Below, in pieces: positions 51,683 to 64,000 of a DNA stretch of 64,000 bases (positions within the stretch are counted from its first letter, which is position 1; each line of letters begins with the position of its first letter). The translations under genes were made by a program, and so were the position numbers. The notes below the pieces were generated by a model, which was not told the origin of the DNA, did not search any database, and worked only from the letters and a program-made list of their open reading frames with translations. The stretch spans positions 955,817-1,019,816 of the forward strand of contig CAVNZM010000013.1 of NCBI GenBank assembly GCA_963693365.1. Reading direction: 5' to 3'. Origin of the DNA: Amoebidium appalachense. Lineage: Eukaryota; Protista; Ichthyosporea.

Positions 51683-52560
51683 GAATGAATACAGGAATGC
51701 AGGGATACAGGAATGAATATTCGACTACAGGAATACAGGAATGAATGTATACAGGAATACAGGAATGAACATATCCAGGAATACAGGAATACAGGAATGA
51801 TTACAGGAATAGAGGGATACAGGGATGAATGATCATGAATACAGGAATACAGGAATACAGGAATATTAATGAATGAATGCCGGAATGCGGGGACCAATGA
51901 ATACCCCCTTCCCCCCCTAACCCATCCCCCTCGCCCCCCCCCCCCCCCCCCCCCCACCTTCCTCCCCCCAACCCAAACCCCAACCCCTCTTCCGGCCTTT
52001 CCCCTCTCTCTTCCTTCACCTTCTCCTCTACTCCTTTCGATACTGTCTCAAACCTTTTCCTACACTACATATAGCTATTCAATGGCTATCTGCTTTGTTC
52101 TTGTAGTTATGTCGAATATGATTCAATAGGCTAAACGAGGGACCACGCTGACTCACCTGCACGCAGCGTGTTTCAATGATTCGTGATTGTCTCCACTGAG
52201 GAGTACTCTACCAGTTTTCTCAAAATACAAGAATACATGAATGAATGAATACAGGAATACAGGAATGAATGCATACATGTACATGTACAGGAAGGCAGAA
52301 GTGGATGACTATAAGGGAATACACGAATGAATGAAACCGCTAGGTCCAGAATTCAGGAGTCAATGGCCGCCATCTTCGGTCATGTAGGCAATGTAGAAGC
52401 TCTTGATCGGCTGCCTGGGGATAACGTGGACGCACCCCGCTTGTATAAATAATTCGAGATTGTCTCCGCCCAGGAGTTTTCTCAAATCAGAAGTGAATGA
52501 GTATGCAGGAATACAGAAATGAATGAATACAGGAATGCAGAAGTGAATGAATACAGGAGG
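51683..52560. repeat. Interrupted (GAATACAG)n/(GAAT)n satellite in three patches
   Basis: Patches at ~51683-51903, 52225-52270 and 52490-52560. Confidence 0.9.
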
Positions 52561-52989
52561 TGTATTGACAGGTGAACACAACAGGTTTATTAGTAAATTA
52601 CCATATATGGCGTTGTGTCTTGTTGTTACGACGTGCACAAGCCTGATGTCAACACCAATTGTTTTGCACCACTCATTCATTCAGCTCCAACACGTCTGAA
52701 TCAATCTACTAGTAATTATACAAGGCAAAAAAAAACTTCGTTCATCTATAGAAGTTGCACTTATCTCTTCTTATTTCTTACATCTAATTGACACGGCGGG
52801 TTATTGTTAACTTAAGGTGGATAAAAAATAAGGCCTCGAAAAATCTTAAGGCGAATTCAAAAGGGGGAGTTCGTGGAGTTCATTCAGATAAGTTTTGTTC
52901 TCTGCATCCTATCGGTCTCGAGTTCTGGTCAAGATGATGTGTGGCCCTACCCTTAGATCTATGTAGACACATTACGCCTGTATTTTTTT

Positions 52990-53051
52990 TTTTTTCTTCT
53001 TTTGACTGGATTTATTCGACGGAAAGATATGCAAGTATGCACGGCATACTG
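52990..53051 (-). repeat. Hairpin-containing repeat family, left copy (inverted relative to 58024-58087)
   Basis: TTTGACTGGATTTATTCGACGGAAAGATATGCAAGTATGCACGGCATACTG is the near-perfect reverse complement of 58024-58075. Confidence 0.9.
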
Positions 53052-53403
53052 TATTTACAAGGTTATCAACAAAAAAAAAAAAAAAAAAAAAAAACGAGTA
53101 CACTTTCACGTTGTGAATCAAGTAATCTCAAGTAATTTCGAAACAATAATGGTTCCCTATATACAACCCTGTTAGACCCATACGCAGCTAGATATGTACA
53201 TCGAACGTTGAAGGGGTATTCATCTTTGGTCCAGATCCTATCCGGTTCGACCAGATTAACCATATTAGGAAGCTCAAAAAATCGTTTTTGCGAATGGAGC
53301 CCCTACGTGTCATTCATCCAATCCTACAGCGGATGGAACCCATTCATATTCATGCCACTCACCACTCGAACTTTAATTGCAAAAGTATTAAAAATTTTAA
53401 CCG

Positions 53404-54442
53404 CTAAACCCTATTGGGCTCTATATGCGAAGTCCACCTGAACCAGCCCGCTGGGTTTATACTCGTCGTAATGTCGTTGAGGGCCGGGGGCCGCGCCGGT
53501 ATCTCCCACCTGGCCTGTAAAAGTTGCGTACTGAACTGATCCAATACTTGAACCGATACCACCAGACGCGTGATCGACGTCCAACCAACGCACGCGGATA
53601 TCGTATGGTAGGGTTTGATGTAAGTGAAGCAGACCACCGCCAAAAGCGCGACCATTATCACGGCGATTGCCCGTATGTTTGAGAACATATCGTTGAATTT
53701 CAGCGACGCGTGCCGTGCGCGGTACAGATACACCGAAATGAGGGGGACATACACGACCCCTATGCCCATTGGCCAGAAAACGACAAATCTGGTTCCCTCC
53801 GGATGGCACGCGAGGGCCACAAACCAGTAAATATATCCGGGAATGGTGCAAGAAAGCGCAATAAGTGCCCATCCCCCCGCCCACAGAACGAGGTGTTTGT
53901 TTGTCAACGGCGAAAGTTTCGTGCTGTAGGCGTGCGCGATCATCCGTTGCCAATTGCGATGACGGAGAAATACATCGCGACGAGAGCCACAGTGATTGAA
54001 AAAGAAACAAACACAAACACGGCGCTAATCTCGATCTGACGGTCAAGGGTGACTGGATTGCGGTAATCGAGGTCCAGGGGGAACTGGTTGAGCTGCCATG
54101 CATTGCTCGCGGCCATCAAGAGAGAGCTCAGAATGAGAAGGATTGAGATTGTAAACATGAGTATGAGGTAGATTCTTCCGCGGGATTTCACGACCGGGTG
54201 GTTGCGGTGGTTATAGACGGCGACGGCCAGGACACAGATGCTCAAGAGTGACGCACCTGTGAAGAGCCCCTGTGTGTGTGTTGTGTGTGTGTGTGTGAGG
54301 GCGGGGGTGTGTGGGAGGGGGGAGGGAGGGGAGGAAGGGGGGAGGGGTGGGAGGGGGGATGTGTGCATGTGTGCATTTGTGTGTTTGCGCGCGCGGGGGG
54401 GGGGGGGGGGGGGGGGAGGGGGTGTATATGTGTGTCAGTGTG

Positions 54443-54530
<88 letters not shown>

Positions 54531-56428
54531 TGCCCATTCGTACGTGCATGCGCAGTATGAGGGTATATGTACATCATCGTTTTAGTTAGATATAATCATA
54601 TGCCGCTGTATTGTGGGTCACCTCCTTTGCAAGGTCATTGTGTACATATTCTGTGCGTTCTAATTACTGGAATTTTGAGGTTTGTGTATCTGTGTGTGTG
54701 TGAGTGTGTGAGTGTGTGTGTGTGTGTGTGTGTGTTTGTGTATCCCGTGTGTGTACAGTGTGTCATTTTTTGTGTGTAAATGTGTGCGCACATCTGGTAT
54801 CGTGTGGTTGTATTCACACCACCGTGTGACGGTCACGGCTATTGTGCGTGGTATTAATTTGTGCATGGCGTGCATTTTTGCGCCCACAGGTTACGTGAGT
54901 GTGCGTTAACTACGTAACAGCTTATGGTTCAAAACTTTGCTGCCAACAAATTTACACAACGACCGCGCCTTCTTCCCCCCTCCTCCCCCCCTCTCTCTCA
55001 AGGCTTTCCCTTAGGCAGCCCACGGTGGTGGTGGTGGTGGTGTGGGGGGGGTGGGGGGGGTGAGGAGAAGGAGAGAGGGGGAGGGTGGGGAGGGGAAGGG
55101 AGAGAGAAAGAGAGAGGAGAGGGGGGGGGGGGGGGAGGGGGGGGGAAGAATCAAAAGAGAAAGCCGAATCAGATGCTAAAGGCGTGATGATTGAAACGGA
55201 TTTTGGTATCTCACTATTATTATTACAAAACTAACCCAGGAACGATTATCTGGGATTATATGTTTATAATGCGGTAGTTTTTCGAAGCACCATTCATCAT
55301 AAAGGTGCTGCGTATTAATCAGAGATCGGTAATGCTGAATGTCTCGTTTCGTTTTAAACTTTTCCAAGAAAATCAAAGAACATGCTGCAATCGCAGACAT
55401 GGGCCTTATCGAACAGAGTCTGTGCATAAACTGGTACGAGACAAAACCAAGCCAACGGCTTGAGCTGCACGTGCACATGAGAAAGAAAACTGATTCTGAG
55501 CCTCAAAGTTAATAAAAATAACCTCAAAGTTTCCATGTGTAAGTAAGTGTGTGAGTGTGAGTAGTCAAAGGGATCATGACCCACCTCGTACATGAACAGC
55601 AAGCGGCCGTGTTCCTCCGTTTTCACAAGCACGGCGCGGAAATCCATCACCTCCCTGTCCAAATCACTGTTTGCACTCATGACCGCGCTTTCGTTCCGTG
55701 GCGCTTGCGCAAGTACCTCCTGCAACCGTGCCTGTGCGGCCTGCAGGTTTACCGCCTGGAAACGGAGCTCCGCGTGGGGGGAATCCGACCCGGCCATACA
55801 ACACAACACCAAAAATAGAATTTCGAATCCGACGGCGAAAGTGAGGATGAAAAGGTGCGCAAGCATGCTCTGCCTGAGGTATTCGCGTGCGTTTTTAAGC
55901 CTGCGCTGACGATATTCTTCCATCACCGCCCCTTTGTCGACATGACTCTCTTCCCCTTGTGATTTTTTCTTTGCCAAATTCGAATCATCCTCGTTTACAT
56001 GTGATGTGGTGCCTACCGCGGCTTCGGGGCTTGATGTTGATGTGCTTGTAATTATCAGCTCGTCAGCCTGTTCGCGTGCTTTTGGTTTCGGGGGCGAAGT
56101 GTTTCTAACGTCAATGTGCTCCAGTGGTGCACATATTTTGGCCCTATCTATCCTTGATACCATAATAGAAGAAAGACTTTTTGCTTCTTGTTTCTGCCTC
56201 TCTGGCTTCTTTGGATCCTGGCAATTTATCAGGATCTGTAACATCATTGACGTGCTGATCCGAGTCGCTCCCGTTAGGGTCATAGTTGAACGAGAATTGA
56301 CCTTGGCTGGAGGCATTCTCTAGCGTAGGGCTGTGTGTTACTTTTACATTCCTACACTCTCCTAGCTGTGGTACCACTACTTGCCCATGACTCACACGTA
56401 CAGGTGGGCTGTTCTCTCCCTCCTCCAT
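53404..56428 (-). pseudogene. Class C (7tm_3)-like seven-transmembrane receptor gene with apparent frameshifts (pseudogene or assembly errors)
   Basis: Exons ~56428-55585, 55464-55438, 54269-53404. TM1 is followed by YNHRNHPVVKSRGRIYL (class C-like first loop), later YLYRARHASLKFNDMFSNI (FNE..I-like). The frame switches at ~53950 and probably at ~56170. Confidence 0.62.
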
Positions 56429-57970
56429 CCTCCATGCTCTTTGCTCATATCAAATCTAATAACTCTTAGAACCCAAATATATAAGTGTCCTGTCAAGTGC
56501 AAAGCAATTGCAACTGACCGTGCATGGGTTTAGACTTCTGTTCGTGCCAGTATACCTGTTTCAGCCGTTCCGCCGTGATTCACACTCACAGAGGACTTGA
56601 AGTTTTAACGTTTTTTGTGATCTTATAACTGGATCCCTGTTGTTGTGAACTTCGCGTTCGCTCACTCAGAACTGCTGTTCGCTGTCTGTTTTGTTCGCCG
56701 TGTCACTATTTGTAGCCTAGTGGTATGTGGTTGGGAATCTTAGGTCAGGATATCTCACCCAAGACTCATAACTTTTTGCCAACAATTAAAAAGTTTGCTC
56801 TCTTTTTTTACGAACAGGAAAGCTCAATGACGCATCCGCTTCAGAGTGGTATTAATACCGCTCCTGTTTACGAGAAGATGCTACAGGTTAAATTAATTAG
56901 TGCAAGAGCTACTGAGTATTCATAGGGAGTATGCATGAATGCATATGGCACGTAAGATGTCCTCTTGCGTAAAAACCCCTCCGCCGCTATCGATTCATGA
57001 TTAGATCCCCAGTGATGTCAGGAGACCCCCGTCCACTCAAATTTTCTTCAATTATAAATATAGTGTATTATGTATGTATGAGGCTAATATTAGCGCTCAA
57101 GTTTTGCACTGCGAATATACTCAAATTACATACACTTTATAGCTAAAATAGATGATTGCACAGGCGTATATGTGCATTGTTGTTGTGCGTAAGGATGCAT
57201 TTAGGTACCGGTGCCAATATTAATTAAACGCACACTTAGCTATATGATACAGTATATTAAAACGTACGCGTGGAAGCTTAATATAAAAGGAGTACTACAC
57301 TCAGAGCAGCAATAAATTTTCTACGAAATTTTTTTAGCCCAACTTTTTTAAGAATAAATCGTGAACATTTTTAATCGCCTCATAAGTATGCCGTGCATAC
57401 TTACCGTATGATATTTCTCCGTTGAATACATAAATCCAGTCAAAACTTACTCAGACGTATGGGTATATAACACCCTACTAGCTATGTAGTAGATAAGTCT
57501 CCTTTTCGCGTTATTACCATATGCAGTATAAGTTTCTTTCTCGTTCTGATAGAGAAATCAAAGGTAAAACTCAGTCGGCATGTGTTATGTTCCTTAGGCA
57601 ACACCGTACAGTAACTGATCATTATCGCTTTTTGGGAGCTTTGGCAGGATATATTCCTCCTGCTGTACGTATGGATACCACCCTAGTAGATAATAAGTCT
57701 GTATGGTGCTCTGATGTTGATATTGCCTGGGAAGTTGTGCAACGTGGCGTTGTAATTTTTGTTTCCATCGCCGCTGGTGCCACTTTTGTGCTGAACTTTT
57801 TAATCGCAAGCATGTTGATAGGTGTGAGTTTTTACTGTCGCGTTTTACCTCTTTCCCTACGGCCGCGGGTGTCTGCTACACTGGCTGGCAATGTGACCAC
57901 TTTAGACTTTTTGTTGAATTCTGTTGGTCGTCACATTGAGTATTTATATGGTTTTCACACAGTGCTCAGG

Positions 57971-59025
<1,055 letters not shown>

Positions 59026-59549
59026 AAAAGCTCCTCAGGCGAGTCTCAGACAATCACGAATCATTCACATAAAACGCTGTGTGAATTAGCATGCACGTAA
59101 TCCCTCATGCAGCCAATCAATCAGAATCACAGTCGCCGATTGCCTACGAAACATAGCAGATGGCCACCAATTAAAATTTAGGATGAGGGTAATCATACAG
59201 GGGTCCGACCGCATATAAATACACCACCGTTTTCGGCCAAAAATTCTACCAAACACACGAGGTGTATTATTACGCAAACATGACCGTCTGATTAGTAAAA
59301 TTGCCAAATAAGGTGACACCTCTAATGATGTATTTCAAAAGTATTGAGGGAAATCTAGCTGTCCCACTGTACTATCGTGCAGGTTCACGGGAAATGTATC
59401 AAGATGCCAATGTTTAATATGCGGGGGAAACCCGGCTGTATTAGAAGGTATATACGGAAAGAAGAAAGGGGAGAGAGATCGCCGAGATGGCCGTGGGAAG
59501 AGAGAGGGGTCGGGATAGAAAGGGGTACCGGTTGTGGTGGTGCGTGCAT

Positions 59550-59582
<33 letters not shown>

Positions 59583-60303
59583 GTGGTGGTGGTGGTGGTG
59601 GGGGGGGGGGGGGGGGGGGGGGGGGGCGGTTGGGGAGGGGGGGGGGGGGGAGGGGGGGAAGGGGGGGGGGGGGAGGACTGAAGGGGAGGGGGGAGGAGGG
59701 GGAGGGGGGGGGAGGGTGATGGATGGGGGGAGGGGAGGGGTGTCTACTATGTTTCGGGATTCTTCATGAAAAAGGATTACAATGGCACGTTCGTAACCAT
59801 TTATTACATGTCCAAGAGGAAGTTATTAATAGCACAAATGTCCATGACAGGAGACATGCCGACTTTCTTCATGCTTCCTTGCTCGCGATCGTATGGGCTG
59901 TATATTGCACAGCCTAAGAATACAAGGAATCTTATAATAACAAACGATCATGTCTAAGCGCATACATACACACAGAGGCCCTGGGTTGATTAATAATACA
60001 TGTACGCCTATCACCTTCTGTCCTGAAATGCACTAACGTACAACTGCTGGAGGTGCCACTATTAGGAATATAGAAAAAGCAGCTGGGGACATCATAATAA
60101 CTTACAGTAAATTACGAACGTTTACGTAAAACCTATACTGTTGTGAGCGCATTACTACTATACTGTACATATGGTTTGCAGCTACATGTGTGGGTGCCTG
60201 CCCGGTTATATTTATAGTATTCACAGGCTGATATTACTATGTAGGGATATTGAACCTTAAAGATGACGGTTGCGTCTAAGACAGCTGACTGTATGCAGGT
60301 TAA

Positions 60304-60418
<115 letters not shown>

Positions 60419-60689
60419 TACGGTGAGTTGTGTGTGTAGTGTGTAGTGCAATCATTGCCGGTGATGGGGGGCAACTAATCAGAGAAGAAAGAGAGAGAAA
60501 TAGTTACAGACACAAACACAATGAGTGAGCGCAGAGAGAGAGAAGTGGGGAAAGGGATAAAAGAGGAAAGGGGGGTTTAGGGAGGGGGGGGGGGGGGTGA
60601 GGGGAGAGGGGGCAAGGTGTTATAAAAAGACCGTTAGGTTTTAAAACCATTTGAAACAGGACCTTTGGTTCGTTAAAAAAAAAAGATCT

Positions 60690-61982
60690 TTAAATCCACA
60701 TGGCCAGCACCGCCATCACCGCAAACCCGACCACACACAGAGCCATCTTTGCCGGTGCGTATCTTCTGGGCCCTTCCAGGCCGAAAGGAAGCATCTCGAT
60801 CAGAGAGATGAACAAAAACGATCCAGCCGACATCGACACGATTACAGCCGACGCCAAAACACTCTGCGCACCGGTCACGTGCTCCGTCGCCACCCACCCA
60901 ATCCCTATCCCCACGGGTGTCATTGCAGCGCAGAACGCTAAAGAAGCAATTGTATGGAACCGCGGTAAGTGAGCGTAATAAACAGTAACGCCAAGCGCAA
61001 ATCCATCCAACACTTTGTGACTAAGGACCGCCCCCGTCATTGCCCAGAATCCCTCCGTCGTAACTTCGCCACCGATCGACATCCCGTCAAAAATCGCGTG
61101 AAGCGAAAGCGCGATGAAAAACACCCAAGCGCGTACCACCTGCCGAAAGTTTCCCCGCTCTATTTCTACGTTTTGCACCTCTTCTTCATCCCCCATGTGC
61201 GAGGAAGTGGAAAGTTCCGTGTCGGGAATTGCGGTGTTTGGACCCCTCTCGAGATCGCGCACTGGAAATTTCCCCTTGGCGAATTTCACGCTGCCCAATG
61301 TTATCCCGTCAACGGAGATCAAATTTTCGTCGCTGATGGGATTGGAAACAACAACGGATACGTTTGGCTGGACACATGCGGTGTGTTGGTGGATGGGGTC
61401 GTGAGGGTGGCTCACCGTGGCGCAGGCTACAGGGGTGTTTTTCACAACTTGAAATTTCTGCACCTTTAAATTTCCGTTACTATCATGATCATGGCCGCCG
61501 TGTGCCTGGTGTGCGTGCGTAACTCCTTGGGGTCCTTTTGTGCTATGCATCCACGCATCCACCCACACCTTATCTACTGTTATCAGAAGGAGCAAAACCC
61601 CCCCTGCCGCCACCCCTGCAAACGGAAATTCGCTGATGCTCAGCCCCGCTGCCTCAAAATACTCCACGTATTCACCGGATGAACCTGGAAGCATATGGCA
61701 CAACGCTGCCCCCAATATGACGCCGGCGGAAAAACACGAACTCGTCGACATTATGACGTTTGCACGTGTGCTTTGTGAAAACACCCAGGGAAGGAGGGAG
61801 GCGAGAAATGTCAACACGCCCACAACACATATCAGCGCGATTTTTCCGGCGGCCAAATTATCTTTGCTCTTGCCATCATACCCATCATCTGCATTGACTA
61901 CGGTGAACAAAACCGCGAATATAATGGCACGAACATCCCTGGTGGGCCTGTGCATGCATATGAAACTGAAATTGGAGCTCAT
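60690..61982 (-). CDS. ZIP-family (Zrt/Irt-like) zinc/iron transporter, single exon
   Basis: Uninterrupted 430-aa ORF with FSAGVILGAALCHMLP, His-rich loop THAHQAHGGHDH, signature ALSLHAIFDGMSIG and HKVLDGFALG, then MTPVGIGIG and SAGSFLFISLIEML. Confidence 0.96.
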   Translation of the reverse strand: MSSNFSFICMHRPTRDVRAIIFAVLFTVVNADDGYDGKSKDNLAAGKIALICVVGVLTFLASLLPWVFSQSTRANVIMSTSSCFSAGVILGAALCHMLPGSSGEYVEYFEAAGLSISEFPFAGVAAGGVLLLLITVDKVWVDAWMHSTKGPQGVTHAHQAHGGHDHDSNGNLKVQKFQVVKNTPVACATVSHPHDPIHQHTACVQPNVSVVVSNPISDENLISVDGITLGSVKFAKGKFPVRDLERGPNTAIPDTELSTSSHMGDEEEVQNVEIERGNFRQVVRAWVFFIALSLHAIFDGMSIGGEVTTEGFWAMTGAVLSHKVLDGFALGVTVYYAHLPRFHTIASLAFCAAMTPVGIGIGWVATEHVTGAQSVLASAVIVSMSAGSFLFISLIEMLPFGLEGPRRYAPAKMALCVVGFAVMAVLAMWI

Positions 61983-62444
61983 TTTCTATTTAGATTTGCA
62001 AAAAAGTTGTGATGCTTACAGCCTGGCCCAGAATAAATAAAGGGGAAGACCTTGTTTGCACATGGCAGTATCAATATTTTGGCATACAATACGCTTAGAA
62101 GCCGTTTCCCTAGGCCCATTCGGTTTGGTTCGAAGGATCAAAATCACTACTTTTCGTGAAAGTTGTGAGAAAGTTATACAGTGACCTACACAAATACGTG
62201 TCGGCCAGCCTGAGGTTTTCATACACAACTGAGAATACGCTAGAAGACACAGGACCTCATTCATATGCATGGGGCGGGAGAAGGCAACGCTTGAATGCAA
62301 GCACATAAAAAGACGCGTACGCGCATAAACAGTACTTTTGCACTTTGCGAGAAACACGAAACAAGAGAGAAAAAATTGGGCGGGGTGTTGGCTGATCTTT
62401 GCTTTTTGTATGCGACAGCAAAATCCCACGCCTTTTTAATTGCG

Positions 62445-62492
62445 TCTGATTGGTCGAATGGCGACATCGATAAAGGCGTTTCTGATTGGTCA
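62445..62492 (-). promoter_or_regulatory. Paired CCAAT boxes upstream of the ZIP gene
   Basis: TCTGATTGGTC occurs twice, 36 bp apart, ~470 bp upstream of the ZIP ATG. Confidence 0.35.
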
Positions 62493-63338
62493 TCCTTAAT
62501 CCCCCCATACTGTTACAAAGATTGATAAGCCGGGCCACTCATAAAGGCTCCAATAAACTTCTGATGGGCCATTTCATCGAACAAGAAAAAAGAAATAGAA
62601 TTGATGCTAAGCTTTTATATTTCATTATGTCTTTTAGCAGCTGGTTTCAGCATTCCGCAAAACGATGGGTACAAATGTAAATGGCTTTTTTGCCCATGGC
62701 TCACAAAGTGGCTCACAGTAGGACCCCCTAGACCGACCGTTGAACCGAAATCTGAAATCAAGGCCTCCTGGGAGATTACATAGGAGGCCTTGACCGAAAT
62801 CGAACGTTCTGCGTTATTGTTCCGCGGATCTGCGTTTTTCACACTGATAATCATTTCCCTGTGGGTCATAATTGGGGAAAAACCAAACCAAAACAAAACG
62901 TTAGTGTTGTATGCCGCACAAACAGTAAGGAAAGGATATTGGCATATAACAGAGCCAGCAAGTTCGATAAAAGACGAAACTTTGAAAGGGACGAAGGTGA
63001 GGAAGTATCTCAAATTTTTTTTAAAGACTCGGTCATTAAAAAAAAAAAAAAAAAAAAAAGATCGCCACCGTCCCTTCCAGCTGCTTTCCGAATTCACATT
63101 CTAGAAGCACGCTTCTACCAATGCTTTGTCCCGATCCCACGCACCACACCATGTGCCTGAGTCCATGTGACACGCACATGCACAGGCACGTATGCACACT
63201 CACTTACCATGCAGAAAAGCCAGCCCACAGATGTGTGCGTGAGTGAGACCTCTACGCTCTCCTCTACGCCTGTGGCACTGGCTATTCACCCTGGCAGACA
63301 AACACATGTGTACACACACGCACGCACACGCACGCACG

Positions 63339-63401
<63 letters not shown>

Positions 63402-64000
63402 CGCGCGTGTCATTTTGCCCCCAAAACCATACTAAATGACCATTCAGTAGTAGTATGAATTCCATACGAATTTCTTTACAAGCATTTTGAAAATGAGCTA
63501 GGGGGTTGTGTAACAGGGACTCACCGGCCTACAGTTTGAGCTCAAATGAATACAATGTCTTCAAGTTGTTGGTGGACACAATGCCATACAGAATTCTTCG
63601 AACAGGAACCGTCTTTGCTTTTTTCTTCCTCTTCCTTTTCTTCTTCCTCCTCCCCCCCCCCCCCCCCCCTCCCTCCCCCCCCCCCCCCCCCCCCCCCCCA
63701 CCACCACCACCACCCCCACCATCTGCCCCCAGCTGTCCCCCCGCCCCATGCAGCGTGCACCTCGAGGCATATATCTGTTGTTCTGGTTCATCTGACACAT
63801 AAGTCTCATACTGGGAAACCTATCCTCGGACCTCAAATTGAATATGTGCCACCCGATCACCCCTTCGACTTGTGGTTCTTTCTCGAGAAATATCATGATG
63901 GTGGCTTTGGTGTCTCACACTGTGTTCTTCGTTGTGTAGCTTGACTCTTCACAGTGACTGTGTTATCGCGTCATCCCCCCTCCTTCCACCTACCCCCCCC

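Noticed and set aside
60700-62040. Antisense ORFs over the ZIP gene
   Set aside because: Shadow frames of a GC-balanced coding strand.
63525-63960. Possible minus-strand coding fragment at the right edge
   Set aside because: All three frames are interrupted or ambiguous across a poly-G tract; product cannot be assigned.

Overview
Eukaryotic nuclear DNA, probably a protist or alga (it carries a BT1 folate/biopterin transporter, a family typical of algae, plants and protists); taxon cannot be fixed from sequence alone. Introns are packed with poly-C/poly-G, poly-A/T and (CA)n/(TG)n tracts, so most ORFs in the track are repeat artefacts. Manual splicing with phase checking gives: a partial RING-finger gene (-); a ~21-exon BRCT + coiled-coil + AT-hook + RS/RE-rich gene (-); a disrupted SWIM zinc-finger gene (-); an 11-exon BT1 transporter with a GC-AG intron (+); an 8-exon coiled-coil/BTB/WD40 gene (-); a 4-exon secreted Cys-rich/Pro-rich protein (+); a frameshifted class C-like 7TM receptor (-); and an intronless ZIP metal transporter (-). 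Most interesting non-gene signals: (1) a diverged ~100-bp element in at least 8 intronic copies, all in the host sense orientation, two with self-complementary ends; (2) intronic partial copies of neighbouring exons, the BT1 ones differing mostly at synonymous sites; (3) a hairpin-containing repeat family that brackets the 7TM gene as inverted repeats; (4) a ~150-bp near-identical element about 950 bp upstream of two different genes. All gene models are hand-built and untested against transcripts.
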